Source: Tubulanus polymorphus
Taxonomy: Eukaryota; Animalia; Nemertea
Reading direction: 5' to 3'
Length of the DNA stretch: 64,000 bases
Assembly (NCBI RefSeq): GCF_964204645.1
Contig: NC_134029.1
Coordinates: 13,914,850 to 13,978,849 of the forward strand
A model generated the notes under the pieces. That model was given only the letters and a program-made list of their open reading frames with translations. It did not search any database and was not told the origin of the DNA. The position numbers and the translations under genes were made by a program. Shown one piece after another: positions 49,701 through 59,340 of the stretch (the stretch's first letter is position 1; every line of letters begins with the position of its first letter).

Positions 49701-51726
49701 GGGTGCATCTCCAGTGTCTATAACGTGTTTGACAAAGTCCGTCTTACCCAATTCCTCTGGGGACCTAGCAAAAACATCTTTGTACGAGTGCAGTAACTTA
49801 AGAAGTTTTGTTCGTTGTGACGGCATCAGGTCTCACTTGACTAGATCGATCTCAGGTAGTCCTATGTCAGCTGATGTCTGCGGATCGTTAACCTGAGTAA
49901 AATTGACCTCTGGTGGCCTTGGAAGCTGGCCAAAATCCCCCTTAGTTGACAGCGGCTGGTGGACCGTCCATCCCTCTGTCCATAATTGACCCAACCCTCA
50001 TACAAGGTCACATGTCGGGATGTAGGGTTCATGACCCTAATGGGAATCCCTGTTGAAGTGACATCAACTACTGACCTAGCGCCTAACAAATCCTGAGTGC
50101 GAAGATGGTTAGATGGCTCAAATACAGCAAACGGCGCTGGAGGTTTGTCCGACAAACAGTTTCCGTTCACAATTACTTCACACGAAGGTGGGACAATTGT
50201 CATTTCGGACACTTTAACTGTCGAGGGTTTTCCTAGATTGACTGTATTGCTACTAAAATGGATTGTGTCGGCACCTGGCAGCAGGAGAGCTTTCTTGCCG
50301 TAATCAATAACAGCATGTTGCTGTTCTAGGAAGTCTGCTCCGAGAATAACATCGGAGCTCACGTCATCGACAATATACATAGAATGGGTGAGATCTAGAT
50401 TACCCAGCTGAAAGTTTATATCTACTAATCCTCGCAAGTTAAACTTACTTCCATCTACCCCACGAGCGGAATGGAATAGTCCTTCTCGCGTTTCACCTGA
50501 CTGAATCTGCGGATTTCTATGTAAACAACCACTATTTAAAACGGATATTTCCGCGCCGGTGTCAATAAGAATATTAAGTGGTATACCAGAATGATGACCA
50601 ACTACCCGATTAGCAACAGTAGCCATTATTGACGGAAAATAGTTCTGGGTAACCCCGTCCTGTTCGTCGGTTGTGGAGGCAGAAACTCCACTAAAAACCT
50701 CTGTATTACGTGTCGACTCGTCCTTTTCGGCCTCTGAGTCTACGACAACCTCGTCTTGAACCAAGTCACTTCCCTCGTTACACCCATACAACCCATTATC
50801 CGAACTCTCATTCGGTCGAGAAAAATTAAAAGATTCTTCCTGCGAAAATGTGTTAGCTAATTCAGCCTCTTTTTGGCAGAAGGCAGCTTCCGCTGACCTT
50901 GGTGACTTCAATTCGGACTGATTTGTATCTTCGACCACACCCTGATTTAGTATTTTACTCTCTGAGTATTTTACCTTGTGATCAATTTTATTTGATGGCA
51001 TAATTTCGCATTGTACCGCTGATTCAACTGTCGCAGGGCAACTCTGTTGCGCGACTTCACGCCCCTTAATTATCGGAGAACCCTGTTCCCGCATACCGTC
51101 GCCAGTCGTCGAATTCCCCGGATCGACATTCAGACTGCAGCGCGGCCTACTATCATAACACACATTGAGGAATGATTTATTCGTTTGAATCTCATCTATA
51201 ACCACCGGATCACAAAATGTGACTTTTTTATGCCCTTCTCCATAGAATTTATCCCCAAATCGAACTTCATCTTCTTTTAAGTCATTTTCAAATTCAGATT
51301 CTTTGTCTTGACCGTTATAAAAATGATCTGCCCCCCACGAGGGTGTACGACACTCAGAGAACGTTCCAGAATAATCTTTAAGTTCAGTTTCATCAAAATA
51401 ATAAGAATCAATCCAATCAGTTTTCAAGTCTTGAACATATTCTGATGGATCAAATAATTCGCAATCATCTAGACACGATTGCGACGACAAATACATGTCC
51501 TCATTATAAAAATCACCATTTCTACAGGATGAATCATCGTAATACCAGTGTTGATAGTAGTGACTATCATCCCACCAGAAATCAGATTCCCCTAGCGATG
51601 CATTTGTTGCGGGCCGTATTGTCGATTCGTCACTGGGCGGCCATTCCTCATAGGATGTTCGTTGGCTACACTGGGGCGACCATTTGTGGTGGTTCGACCC
51701 CACCCTTGCTGGTCTCCTACAGGATG
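46704..51726 (-). pseudogene. pol: Pol of C: long acidic transframe region, protease, dUTPase-like spacer, RT, RNase H, integrase, chromodomain
   Basis: LIDTGAEIS; YLDD; TDAS; GHLG..CRDC; MDVCGP/SDRG; WTGPY; YYVEKII..YLIKWVGY..NTFEP. Several frameshifts; cut off from gag by element D. Confidence 0.95.
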
Positions 51727-54064
51727 CGGTTCCTGAACTTCGCTGAAAAAGCTGAATCACTGAAACGCTGAAATAAAAACGCCGAAATTTCAGGGAATTC
51801 CCGAAAAACGCTGAAATCGTGCTAGGTACCAACAATACACGTTTTGAAATATTTTCCGGGCCGGTGTCCGCTACCGAGTCCTGAACCGTGTTTTAGTCTC
51901 TACCTTCGGTTACAGAGACACGCATGGACAGTATGTGTGGAGTATACTTCTAGAGGGCCACTTGTTGGACAAATTAATTCGCTTGAAATCCGGATTTTTA
52001 ATGCATACAGGCAGCATAATGAGGAAAACCCATTCACAAACCGTGCAAGCCAACTTAAACACTGCTCAATATTCCCTGCAAGACGCAAAATATCTTATTT
52101 GAACGTTCATGTATAAAACATGGAGCAACTTTTCTTTTGTCAACACGTTGATGGGCGACGGACTATGTCACTATGGTATTCTCTGAAGGAGGTAAATTAA
52201 ATTTGACAGCTAGTTATATAAATGATGCAGCTTTTGGACAAAAGGGATCTAACTAAATTTCTTTTTAATTCACTGTGGAATGGAATGGATTGACGCCAAT
52301 GGCATGCAGTAGGCCCCTACGTATGGGTCATACTGATTAGCGTCAACCAATTAATCTAAATCGGGCTAACCATTCAACAACTGTGAATAATTTATTTGCT
52401 GTGGCGTGATAATAATTAGTTTTTTTGAAGAAATGACATACCAACTGTTAGAAAAATGTACCGATTCTTATTTTTAGACTACTACTGAATCTATAAAATA
52501 AAAGGGGGAGTCATAGACAAAGTTGATATGCTTAGCTGGTGACACTTCTTGTCAAGTACATCTTCTCAAGTACTGGGTGTTTTGTAAGTTTTATTTCAGT
52601 ATTTATTTACTAAGTGCTGTTCTCTCAGACCTCAGTGCTTTCAAACTAGGCCCACCCCATAGGCTATATAGTCCAGGGTGTATTAGCCACTATTCTTTTA
52701 TATCCGACTAAAATGCACCTTTTTCTATTTTTAGATTCAGGCTTAGAATGTGCAAATTTTTTGAGATACTGAGAAATCAGATGGCACCAGTAAACTTCAA
52801 CTGCGAAATTTGCAGCAGGATAGCTGAACGACACAATTTTTAAAAATAAAATGGCTATTCGAATGCTATTTCAATAATAACTTGATTCAACCAGAGAGAA
52901 ATAAGTCAATTGCGGATGTACAGTACACCCACTTTTCTTCCCTGTTTCCTGGTACCAAATTTTTAGTCTTAAGCTAAGCGATATTCTAAGGTATACTAGT
53001 GGATTTCATTAGAATATGAAGCAATGGAACCAGAATTCTAGCCAGAGTTAAGCGAACTATTGATTCTGATATAATGTAAGAACTGATTTCCTTTGTATAC
53101 TCTTGCAGAATGTGTTATTTCAAGCTGTTAAATAATATAGTTAGACAAATGTCCAATTATTGGATCTTTCTTGTTGACTCGTTTAATTTTGTGAGTTAAG
53201 AGTTCCAGTCAATCCACAATGTGCAGTGCCTAGCCTTCATCTACACTAAAGCCATGCCTGTGTATGGGAAAAAAATATCGATCGACTCCTATAGGCCAGA
53301 CACATCAAAGCATGCAATACATTGCAGATAGTAGTCTCCGGCAAGTCGAAAGAGAAAGTAAACCAGGTTTTACCCCGTACCCTACCCGGGAACAAAGACA
53401 CTTAAAGATTCCTTCCTCCTTGTAGAAATTGTAGAAATATGGCACCCAATTGTAGCAATGCTAAGTACAGTATACTATGACGGTTAAAACCTTTATTAAC
53501 GAATTTCAATGACACCGAAAATAGAATCAAAATAATCATTAGTTCCATGCTAGCACTTAATTTGGGTTATCACTATCAGGTTCAGCCTAACTGTACTTTC
53601 ATTCAGCTACTACTTGTATGAGACTTGGCAATGATAAGTTGCAAGAAATCACCAAACATAAGAAAAAATATTGTGAATTAATATTACTGTGATTAAGAAT
53701 TTATTCAAATGAAGTGATAACTTCATTGTTAGATCGTACCGGTATATGCACATAAAACTATGGCAAAAAACACATCTAACAATCCACGCAATCCGCAATC
53801 GATCAAGTCGGTCATGACGACGACCTTAAGGCATGTCTCTGTAACCGAAGGTAGAGCATAAAACACGGTTCAGGACTCGTCAGCGGACACCTGCCCGGAA
53901 AACATTTCAAAACGTGTATTGTCGGTACCTAGCACGATTTCAGCGTTTTTCGGGAATTCCCTGAAATTTCGGCGTTTTTCGGAAATTCCCTGAAATTTCA
54001 GCGTTTTTATTTCAGCGTTTCAGCTTTTCAGTGTTTCAGCTTTTTCAGCGAAGTTCAGGAACCG
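51727..54064. mobile_element. Non-autonomous Mutator-like TIR element D
   Basis: ~200-bp TIRs starting CGGTTCCTGAACTTCGCTGAAAAAGCTGAA with GCTGAAA subrepeats. TACAGGATG duplicated at 51718-51726 and 54065-54073. No transposase ORF. Confidence 0.9.
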
Positions 54065-55112
54065 TACAGGATGAGGTCCCATGGCGTTTCCCTGATTTGG
54101 CCAATTCAACCCTGGGCGTTGATTGCTAAATCTTCTATTGTTGTAATAACGTCTAGAGTTTGCCGGGCTAGAATTATAGATTTCTGTCATCTGGGCGCCT
54201 CTGATATCCCTGATCCACTTGCCAGGTAGGGCAGTTACGGGCGTAATGTCCCGGGGCGTGGCAGCGGTAACAAATCACGCTCCCTCCGCTTGATCTCTGT
54301 AGAGATCGCCTTTCATCTGGAGATACTCCCCTCTCATGCTGGTCATGGCGTCTAGGGTTCGAATCCCTATTTTGAGTTGACATGAGTTGTTTAAACATGT
54401 CACGCAATTCAGCCATGACTTCTCGTACCTCCTGATTCGGGCTTGCCTCAAGCTGATTAACCGAGGGGGCAGTTTTCTTCTTTTTCTCTATGTGTTCTGC
54501 CATCCTACCGGTCTCCCAGGCATCTCTAAAAGTAGCGGGCCGCTGGGACAGCAGATAAAAGGAAATTTCCGGTTTCGAGTTGTTAATTAACAACATTTTC
54601 TTCTGGTGATCAGAGAACTTTAAGCTAGAGGCCAACCGATCGATGTCCTCAGCAAATTGGTCAATCGGTTGCCCCTCCCCCTGTTTCATGGTTGTCAGGG
54701 CAGATTCCCTGACTATGGCCCAAGTTGTCGGGCTAAACTGTTTTATGAAAGCAGCAACGATATCATCCCAAGGGGTAATTTTTAAGTTGCCAGCCGCATC
54801 AGTCTCTTGATCGATGTGCAGATCGTTGAAAAGGACCAAAGCAGGTCCGGATAGAAACCAGAAAATCTGTTTCTTTTTGTCCTCAGTGGTCCAGCCTCTG
54901 AGGTCAGCGAGCCTATCATATCCCCTAAACCATTCATCCACATCTTGATTGTCCCGGCCTGTGAATTTCGGAAGGAGGCTGTAATTTACAAACGCTGCTG
55001 CTGAGCCCATCTGCTCCTGAAGCCCCGTCAGCGCCCGCATGACTGCGTCATTGCTGACCGAACTATCAGCAGCCGTACCCGGATCCCCTTGGGCCCGACT
55101 TCGAGTCGTCAT
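54065..55112 (-). CDS. gag: Gag of C (capsid + CCHC knuckle); 1-nt frameshift near 54177, true end lies beyond D
   Basis: LPKFTG..DVDEWF..W..L.GPA capsid pattern, MKQGEGQPIDQF, CYRCHAPGHYARNC. Confidence 0.9.
54086..54092 (-). promoter_or_regulatory. -1 frameshift slippery heptamer of C
   Basis: G GGA AAC. After removing D, the -1 frame reads RHGTSSCRRPARVGSNHHKW, the frame of ORF 49862-51835. Confidence 0.75.
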
Positions 55113-55264
55113 TGTAAAAAAAATTCATTCAAAATTTCTATTGTTAAAATCATTATTACTATTACCGATATTCTAACTGATATTACTATTATTATTATTC
55201 TTATTATTATCTTATTATTATTATTATCCCTAAAATTCGTATGAATAATGCCAATGTATGGAAT

Positions 55265-55531
55265 TTATTGAAAGATCATGGCATAAAACCTAGAGCTTTC
55301 CGCCCACGAGGGGTCCTTGTGCTCTTTTCCCAGCACTTCCGCGGTTTCTACGAGGCAATTTCGAAGGTGCCTTAACTTTGGCCCATTAGCATTTACAATA
55401 AGCTCAAATGTTTCCTCGTCACCGGATGCGTTCGCATCCTGCTCCGCCCAATAGAGACCGTATAGGCCATCCGTGAATACTTCTAACAGAAAATCATAGG
55501 TTTCTTGGGCCTCTATGATCTCTTCATCCAT
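55265..55531 (-). CDS. Acidic 88-aa accessory ORF upstream of gag in C
   Basis: Intact GC-richer ORF embedded in an AT-rich leader between PBS and gag. Function unknown. Confidence 0.55.
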   Translation of the reverse strand: MDEEIIEAQETYDFLLEVFTDGLYGLYWAEQDANASGDEETFELIVNANGPKLRHLRNCLVETAEVLGKEHKDPSWAESSRFYAMIFQ

Positions 55532-55638
55532 AATTCAGAAATTATATATAATACTATCGTATAAGAAATTCAAAAATTTTTTTTTGTGTTATTTGAATTG
55601 GAATTTAAAGTAGCTTATTTATTATATATTATTCCGGA

Positions 55639-55658
55639 GATCCCGGGTTTCGGCACCA
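55639..55658 (-). promoter_or_regulatory. Primer binding site of C, tRNA-Phe
   Basis: Plus strand GATCCCGGGTTTCGGCACCA equals the 3' end of eukaryotic tRNA-Phe(GAA). Confidence 0.9.
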
Positions 55659-55661
55659 ATA

Positions 55662-56745
55662 TGTTCCGCGGTCCCTTTCTCTATTGTCTTTTTCCTCTAT
55701 TACAAACTCCGGTCCCTGGCGAGAAAGTCGACCACGAACACAGAAACCCGAAAACCAAGGAATAAAAGGAACTCCGGATTTAAATATGATAATACTCAAC
55801 TTTAATTCTACAATTTTAACTGAACTATAGTCTCAACAATTTATAAAATTCCCTACCTTTTAATTTAGAATTTTGTTACAAATCCCGCACACAAGAAGAT
55901 GCAATTCAACCGGATAGCCGAAAGTTATCTGTTCTATAGTCTTCTAATGCTTCCCCTGAAAATGCTTCCTAAAAGAGTCCGCTCTCTCTCGAGGTGCGGC
56001 CCCTTTTATACGGCTGCGTCCACACCCAAGAAAAATCCAGAACCCTGCTTGCGGCCAGCCGTAAAAGGGAACGAGCAACCAACGCAGCACCACGACGCAG
56101 AGCCGGGGTCCTGATTCCTAGACTTTTCATTCGCTGCTAACTTTAACCCGACCCTCGACGTCATGATACCTGCCGGTCTGCTCCCCTTCTCAACCGCACC
56201 GAAGAGATTACATATATACTATTTTTCCAACCCTCGAACTCATTTATTTTAACTTATCCAATGATTACAATTCCCGCAATGAATGGTATTTAATTTTGTC
56301 TAAATATTAATATACAATGTAATCCGAAATATCATCTTTCTTATTTATATTCTTTATCATTATTAGTACATACAAATTTAAACACACAAACTCTTATTAA
56401 TTAAAATAATAAAACTCTTTAATATTACTTTTTAATATTACTCTTTTAATATTACTTCTTATTATCGAATTATCAGACTAAGGGTCAGCGAGTGTTTCAT
56501 AAGTTGATTTCATAATTGCTCATTTCCACGAATTCTTCTCATGACTACAGCGCCGTGATTACCTTCAAAGTGATTTAGAATGCTCGTCTGATACAAGTAT
56601 AAATGTTTCAGACAAACAACCATTAAGGCGGATAATGTATTATCGTACATAAGGAACAATGCGTGTGTTCTCCCAGGACCATGCCAAGAAACCTACGTAT
56701 ACAAATCGTTTGATCTTTTTGAAAGTACAATTCAGCTGCGGATCA
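55662..56745 (-). repeat. 5' LTR of element C
   Basis: Direct repeat of 41290-42372, adjacent to the PBS. Confidence 0.95.
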
Positions 56746-57109
56746 TAACTAATATGCTTATCAATATCTCTTTAGTTAATACCCCAGTACATACGACACT
56801 TTTACTGTCAGATTCAACAAACCACGCAATGAAACGCTAAATGAAACGAAATGAACCACGCAACGAAACGCTAAAGCAAGTCTAAGTTAATGTAAAGAAA
56901 AATTATAAAATGCCAACTAATACAAGTACTTCAGTTACCACTCTTAAACACGACACTCTTCCTTTAAAAAAAATGTTCCTAATATTTCCTAAAACGAGAA
57001 GCTAATTAATAACACAACTACTGAGGTTTCCAAATAGCTATCTGGATGAAGTACATCCCGAAATCAAATACTTTACTAGATTACGACCGTATACATACGA
57101 AAAAACTGG

Positions 57110-57127
57110 TCCCGGGTTTCGGCACCA
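57110..57127 (-). promoter_or_regulatory. Primer binding site of B, tRNA-Phe
   Basis: Plus strand TCCCGGGTTTCGGCACCA (18 nt), 4 nt from the LTR. Confidence 0.9.
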
Positions 57128-57131
57128 AATC

Positions 57132-57590
57132 TGTCGTGCGACCTGGAGGGGGAAGCCCGAAATTGCTGTGGGAGAGCGCCGCTGTTCTTGTTCGTGACGT
57201 ATGCACTTCCCCTCCTGTCCTGCACGGCGATATAGAAACCAGAAACCAAACATAACCAACAACTAAACTCAGGTTGATAAAATGATGCAAGGGTTCTATT
57301 GCATGAAACTTAACCAAATGACAACTGACAATATCATTTCACCCTTACCCTACTTGGTGCGCTGCCTCTGCTCTGGTCGAAGCCGCCAATGTTGCTCTCC
57401 CTCTCCGTTTTTCCCCGTGAGTACCGTGCCTTTATTCTAGAAATTTATCTTATCTAATTCCGGGTTTGAACATAAAGCTTTTAATTATTCTATAATTACT
57501 AAACAGCAGGAATTGTCCCACGAGCTTGAGATAGCCTAATAGCAGAAAGTGATACGTAGTTAAATTGATTAAAATGCCTATGTCGCAACA
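57132..57590 (-). repeat. 5' LTR of element B
   Basis: Direct repeat of 30794-31252. Confidence 0.95.
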
Positions 57591-58324
57591 AAATATTAAA
57601 CCAGATCCTTCAAAATATTTCTCTTCTATTTTAGTTTTTACTTCATTATAACATTTATTTAATTTATCATCTATATGTTGTTTAGATATAATATGTTGTG
57701 AATGAGAATTTATATTATATATTGGTTTATCTTCAGATTTTATAAACTTTACTTTAGAAGATATACTAATTTTAGGGTATTCAACATCTATTATTATTTT
57801 TATTATTTCTTTCATATTTTCTAAATGTTTTTTATTTTCTTCTAATGTTTTTCCTTTATGAAATTTAAACTCGATAGCTGCTGGGCCAATATCACTTTTA
57901 AATGCTTCGGTTATCTCTATATCTTTTTTATTATCTAATGAATTAATATATTTTCTTACATCTTCCATGTATGGTCTTTTATTGTTTAATTTATTTTTTA
58001 TGCTTTTAATTGTCTTCTGTTTCTTATCATTATCTTTATCAAAATAATCTTCACCTAAAGTATCATTATTCATATTTCTGATATGACTTTTAGATTTCAA
58101 ATGTTCTTTATAATATCTTTTATCACTGAATGATTGATTACATGTATCACATTTATATGTTTCTTTTCATTCTATAATTCATCTAATTTAGATTCTAATA
58201 TATCATCTTTATATTCTAGTTTCAATTTATTCTCTAAATGTGTTTTAGTTTTATTGTGTCTTGCTTTTTGGGATTTATCTATATTGATATTACATGTTGG
58301 ACAGTAGTACTTATTTGCTTCCAT
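57591..58324 (-). pseudogene. Protein-primed family B DNA polymerase, 5' part (two C2H2 zinc fingers + terminal-protein region)
   Basis: ATG at 58324: MEANKYYCPTC..RHNKTKTH and YKCDTC..EHLKSKSH (frameshift near 58170). EGSGLIF joins in frame to DEIIFMTLHV at 30789 once the LTR element and one AAAT are removed. Confidence 0.85.
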
Positions 58325-58529
58325 TTTAATACTAAATTTTTTATTAAAATTGATTTTAGAAGTTCAATGATTTATATATGAATTATTTCAATCACACTTT
58401 ACTAACACTTTTAATGTTTAAAAATCTAACTCACACAAATATGAATCTTGAAATAATGTTGTAAATATATACTTTTATATTGAATAATCTGTCAATTTAA
58501 ATGTTATTCATTTATATGATTATTTTAAG

Positions 58530-58940
58530 AGTAATAGGGATAATAGGCTTTCAGGTTAAAGGTTGAATGGTCGAGCTCATTAAAAAACAAAACCTTAAAA
58601 GTAATTTATGACTATAATATATTTTCATAACCGTGTGTATTTCAGTTGAATAATAGAATAATAATAATTATTAAAATATATTTGATTATATGAATTTGTG
58701 TATTGTAAATAAATCAATTGGTCGCGGAGCGGAGCGGTAGCGAAGTGGAGCGACCAATTGATTTAATACAATATGCTTTTTAAATTTAAATTATTGATAT
58801 CTTAGAATAAATATTTAGTTATAATATAAAATACACACGGTTATGAAAATATATTATAGTTTTGAATTCCTTTTAATGTTTTGTTTTTAATGAGCTCGAC
58901 CGTTCGACCTTTGGCTTGAAAGCCTATTATCCCTATTACT
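58530..58940. repeat. 411-bp imperfect palindrome at the right end of the viral element
   Basis: AGTAATAGGGATAATAGGCTTTCA... / ...TGAAAGCCTATTATCCCTATTACT. Inner stem AAATCAATTGGTCGC / GCGACCAATTGATTT. Confidence 0.9.
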
Positions 58941-59269
58941 GTTGTTTAGGTTTTTCGAAGGGGAGAATTTGTGGGAAAATTAATCATTACTGACATATAT
59001 CCGTGGCGAGCTTTTCCAGGGATTTAAAAAGTTGAGCTGTACACAAGGAATTTTGTGTGGTCCAATATCCGTGATTACCTCTGGCGTGGAGAGATACAAT
59101 CTAAAACCAACCCTAGAGTCAAATATTTTACCACAATTTTTTATGATCAATAAAAAGATAGAGTAATAGACATTCAAACAGTATTATCTAAATTCCACTC
59201 CATTTTAAACTCATTCATCTCTTCACAAACTCCAACTTGTTGAACAGTCCACATTGAAATTAGGGACCA

Positions 59270-59340
59270 CTATTCTTGCTCATCTACACTGGCTACCAAT
59301 CTAACAAAGGATTAGATTTGAGTGTTTGATGTTATAACAA
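59270..59340 (+). pseudogene. Tiny CR1/L2 LINE ORF2 3' relic
   Basis: Translates HLHWLPI*QRIRFECLML, the LHWLP..RI.F motif. Confidence 0.55.

Larger units (their letters stand above)
41290..56745 (-). mobile_element. Ty3/Gypsy LTR retrotransposon C with env and chromodomain (nested in leader of B)
   Basis: 1083/1084-bp TG..CA LTRs, TAAC TSD (41286-41289, 56746-56749), PBS, PPT, uORF-gag-pol-env. Confidence 0.95.
30794..57590 (-). mobile_element. Ty3/Gypsy LTR retrotransposon B with env and chromodomain (outer)
   Basis: Paired 459-bp TG..CA LTRs, AAAT TSD (30790-30793, 57591-57594), PBS, PPT, gag-pol-env. Confidence 0.95.
23160..58940 (-). mobile_element. Endogenous Polinton-like (pPolB-encoding) DNA virus, left-truncated, interrupted by nested retroelements (native parts ~23160-30793 and 57591-~58940)
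   Basis: Abrupt shift to very AT-rich, intronless, tightly packed co-oriented ORFs, including protein-primed PolB, penton-like and SSB-like genes. The right boundary is uncertain (~58530 or 58940). No major capsid protein, packaging ATPase or integrase was seen. Confidence 0.85.

Noticed and set aside
51727-51835. Start of the 657-aa ORF (MLVPSTISAFF...)
   Set aside because: It is read from the TIR of element D; the true pol frame is entered by frameshift at 54092-54086.
55639-55658. tRNA-Phe gene fragments here and at 57110-57127
   Set aside because: Only the 3' 18-20 nt including CCA, adjacent to LTRs: these are primer binding sites.
58347-58354. Mimivirus-type early promoter AAAATTGA upstream of pPolB
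   Set aside because: It is on the strand opposite to the gene and is expected by chance in such AT-rich DNA.
58535-58552. Resemblance to the I-SceI site (TAGGGATAA...)
   Set aside because: Only half of the 18-bp site matches; no sign of a construct or homing endonuclease.
23160-58940. Bacterial prophage or contaminant contig
   Set aside because: It is interrupted by eukaryotic LTR elements with TSDs, flanked by animal-type repeats, lacks Shine-Dalgarno patterns, and its polymerase is Polinton-type.
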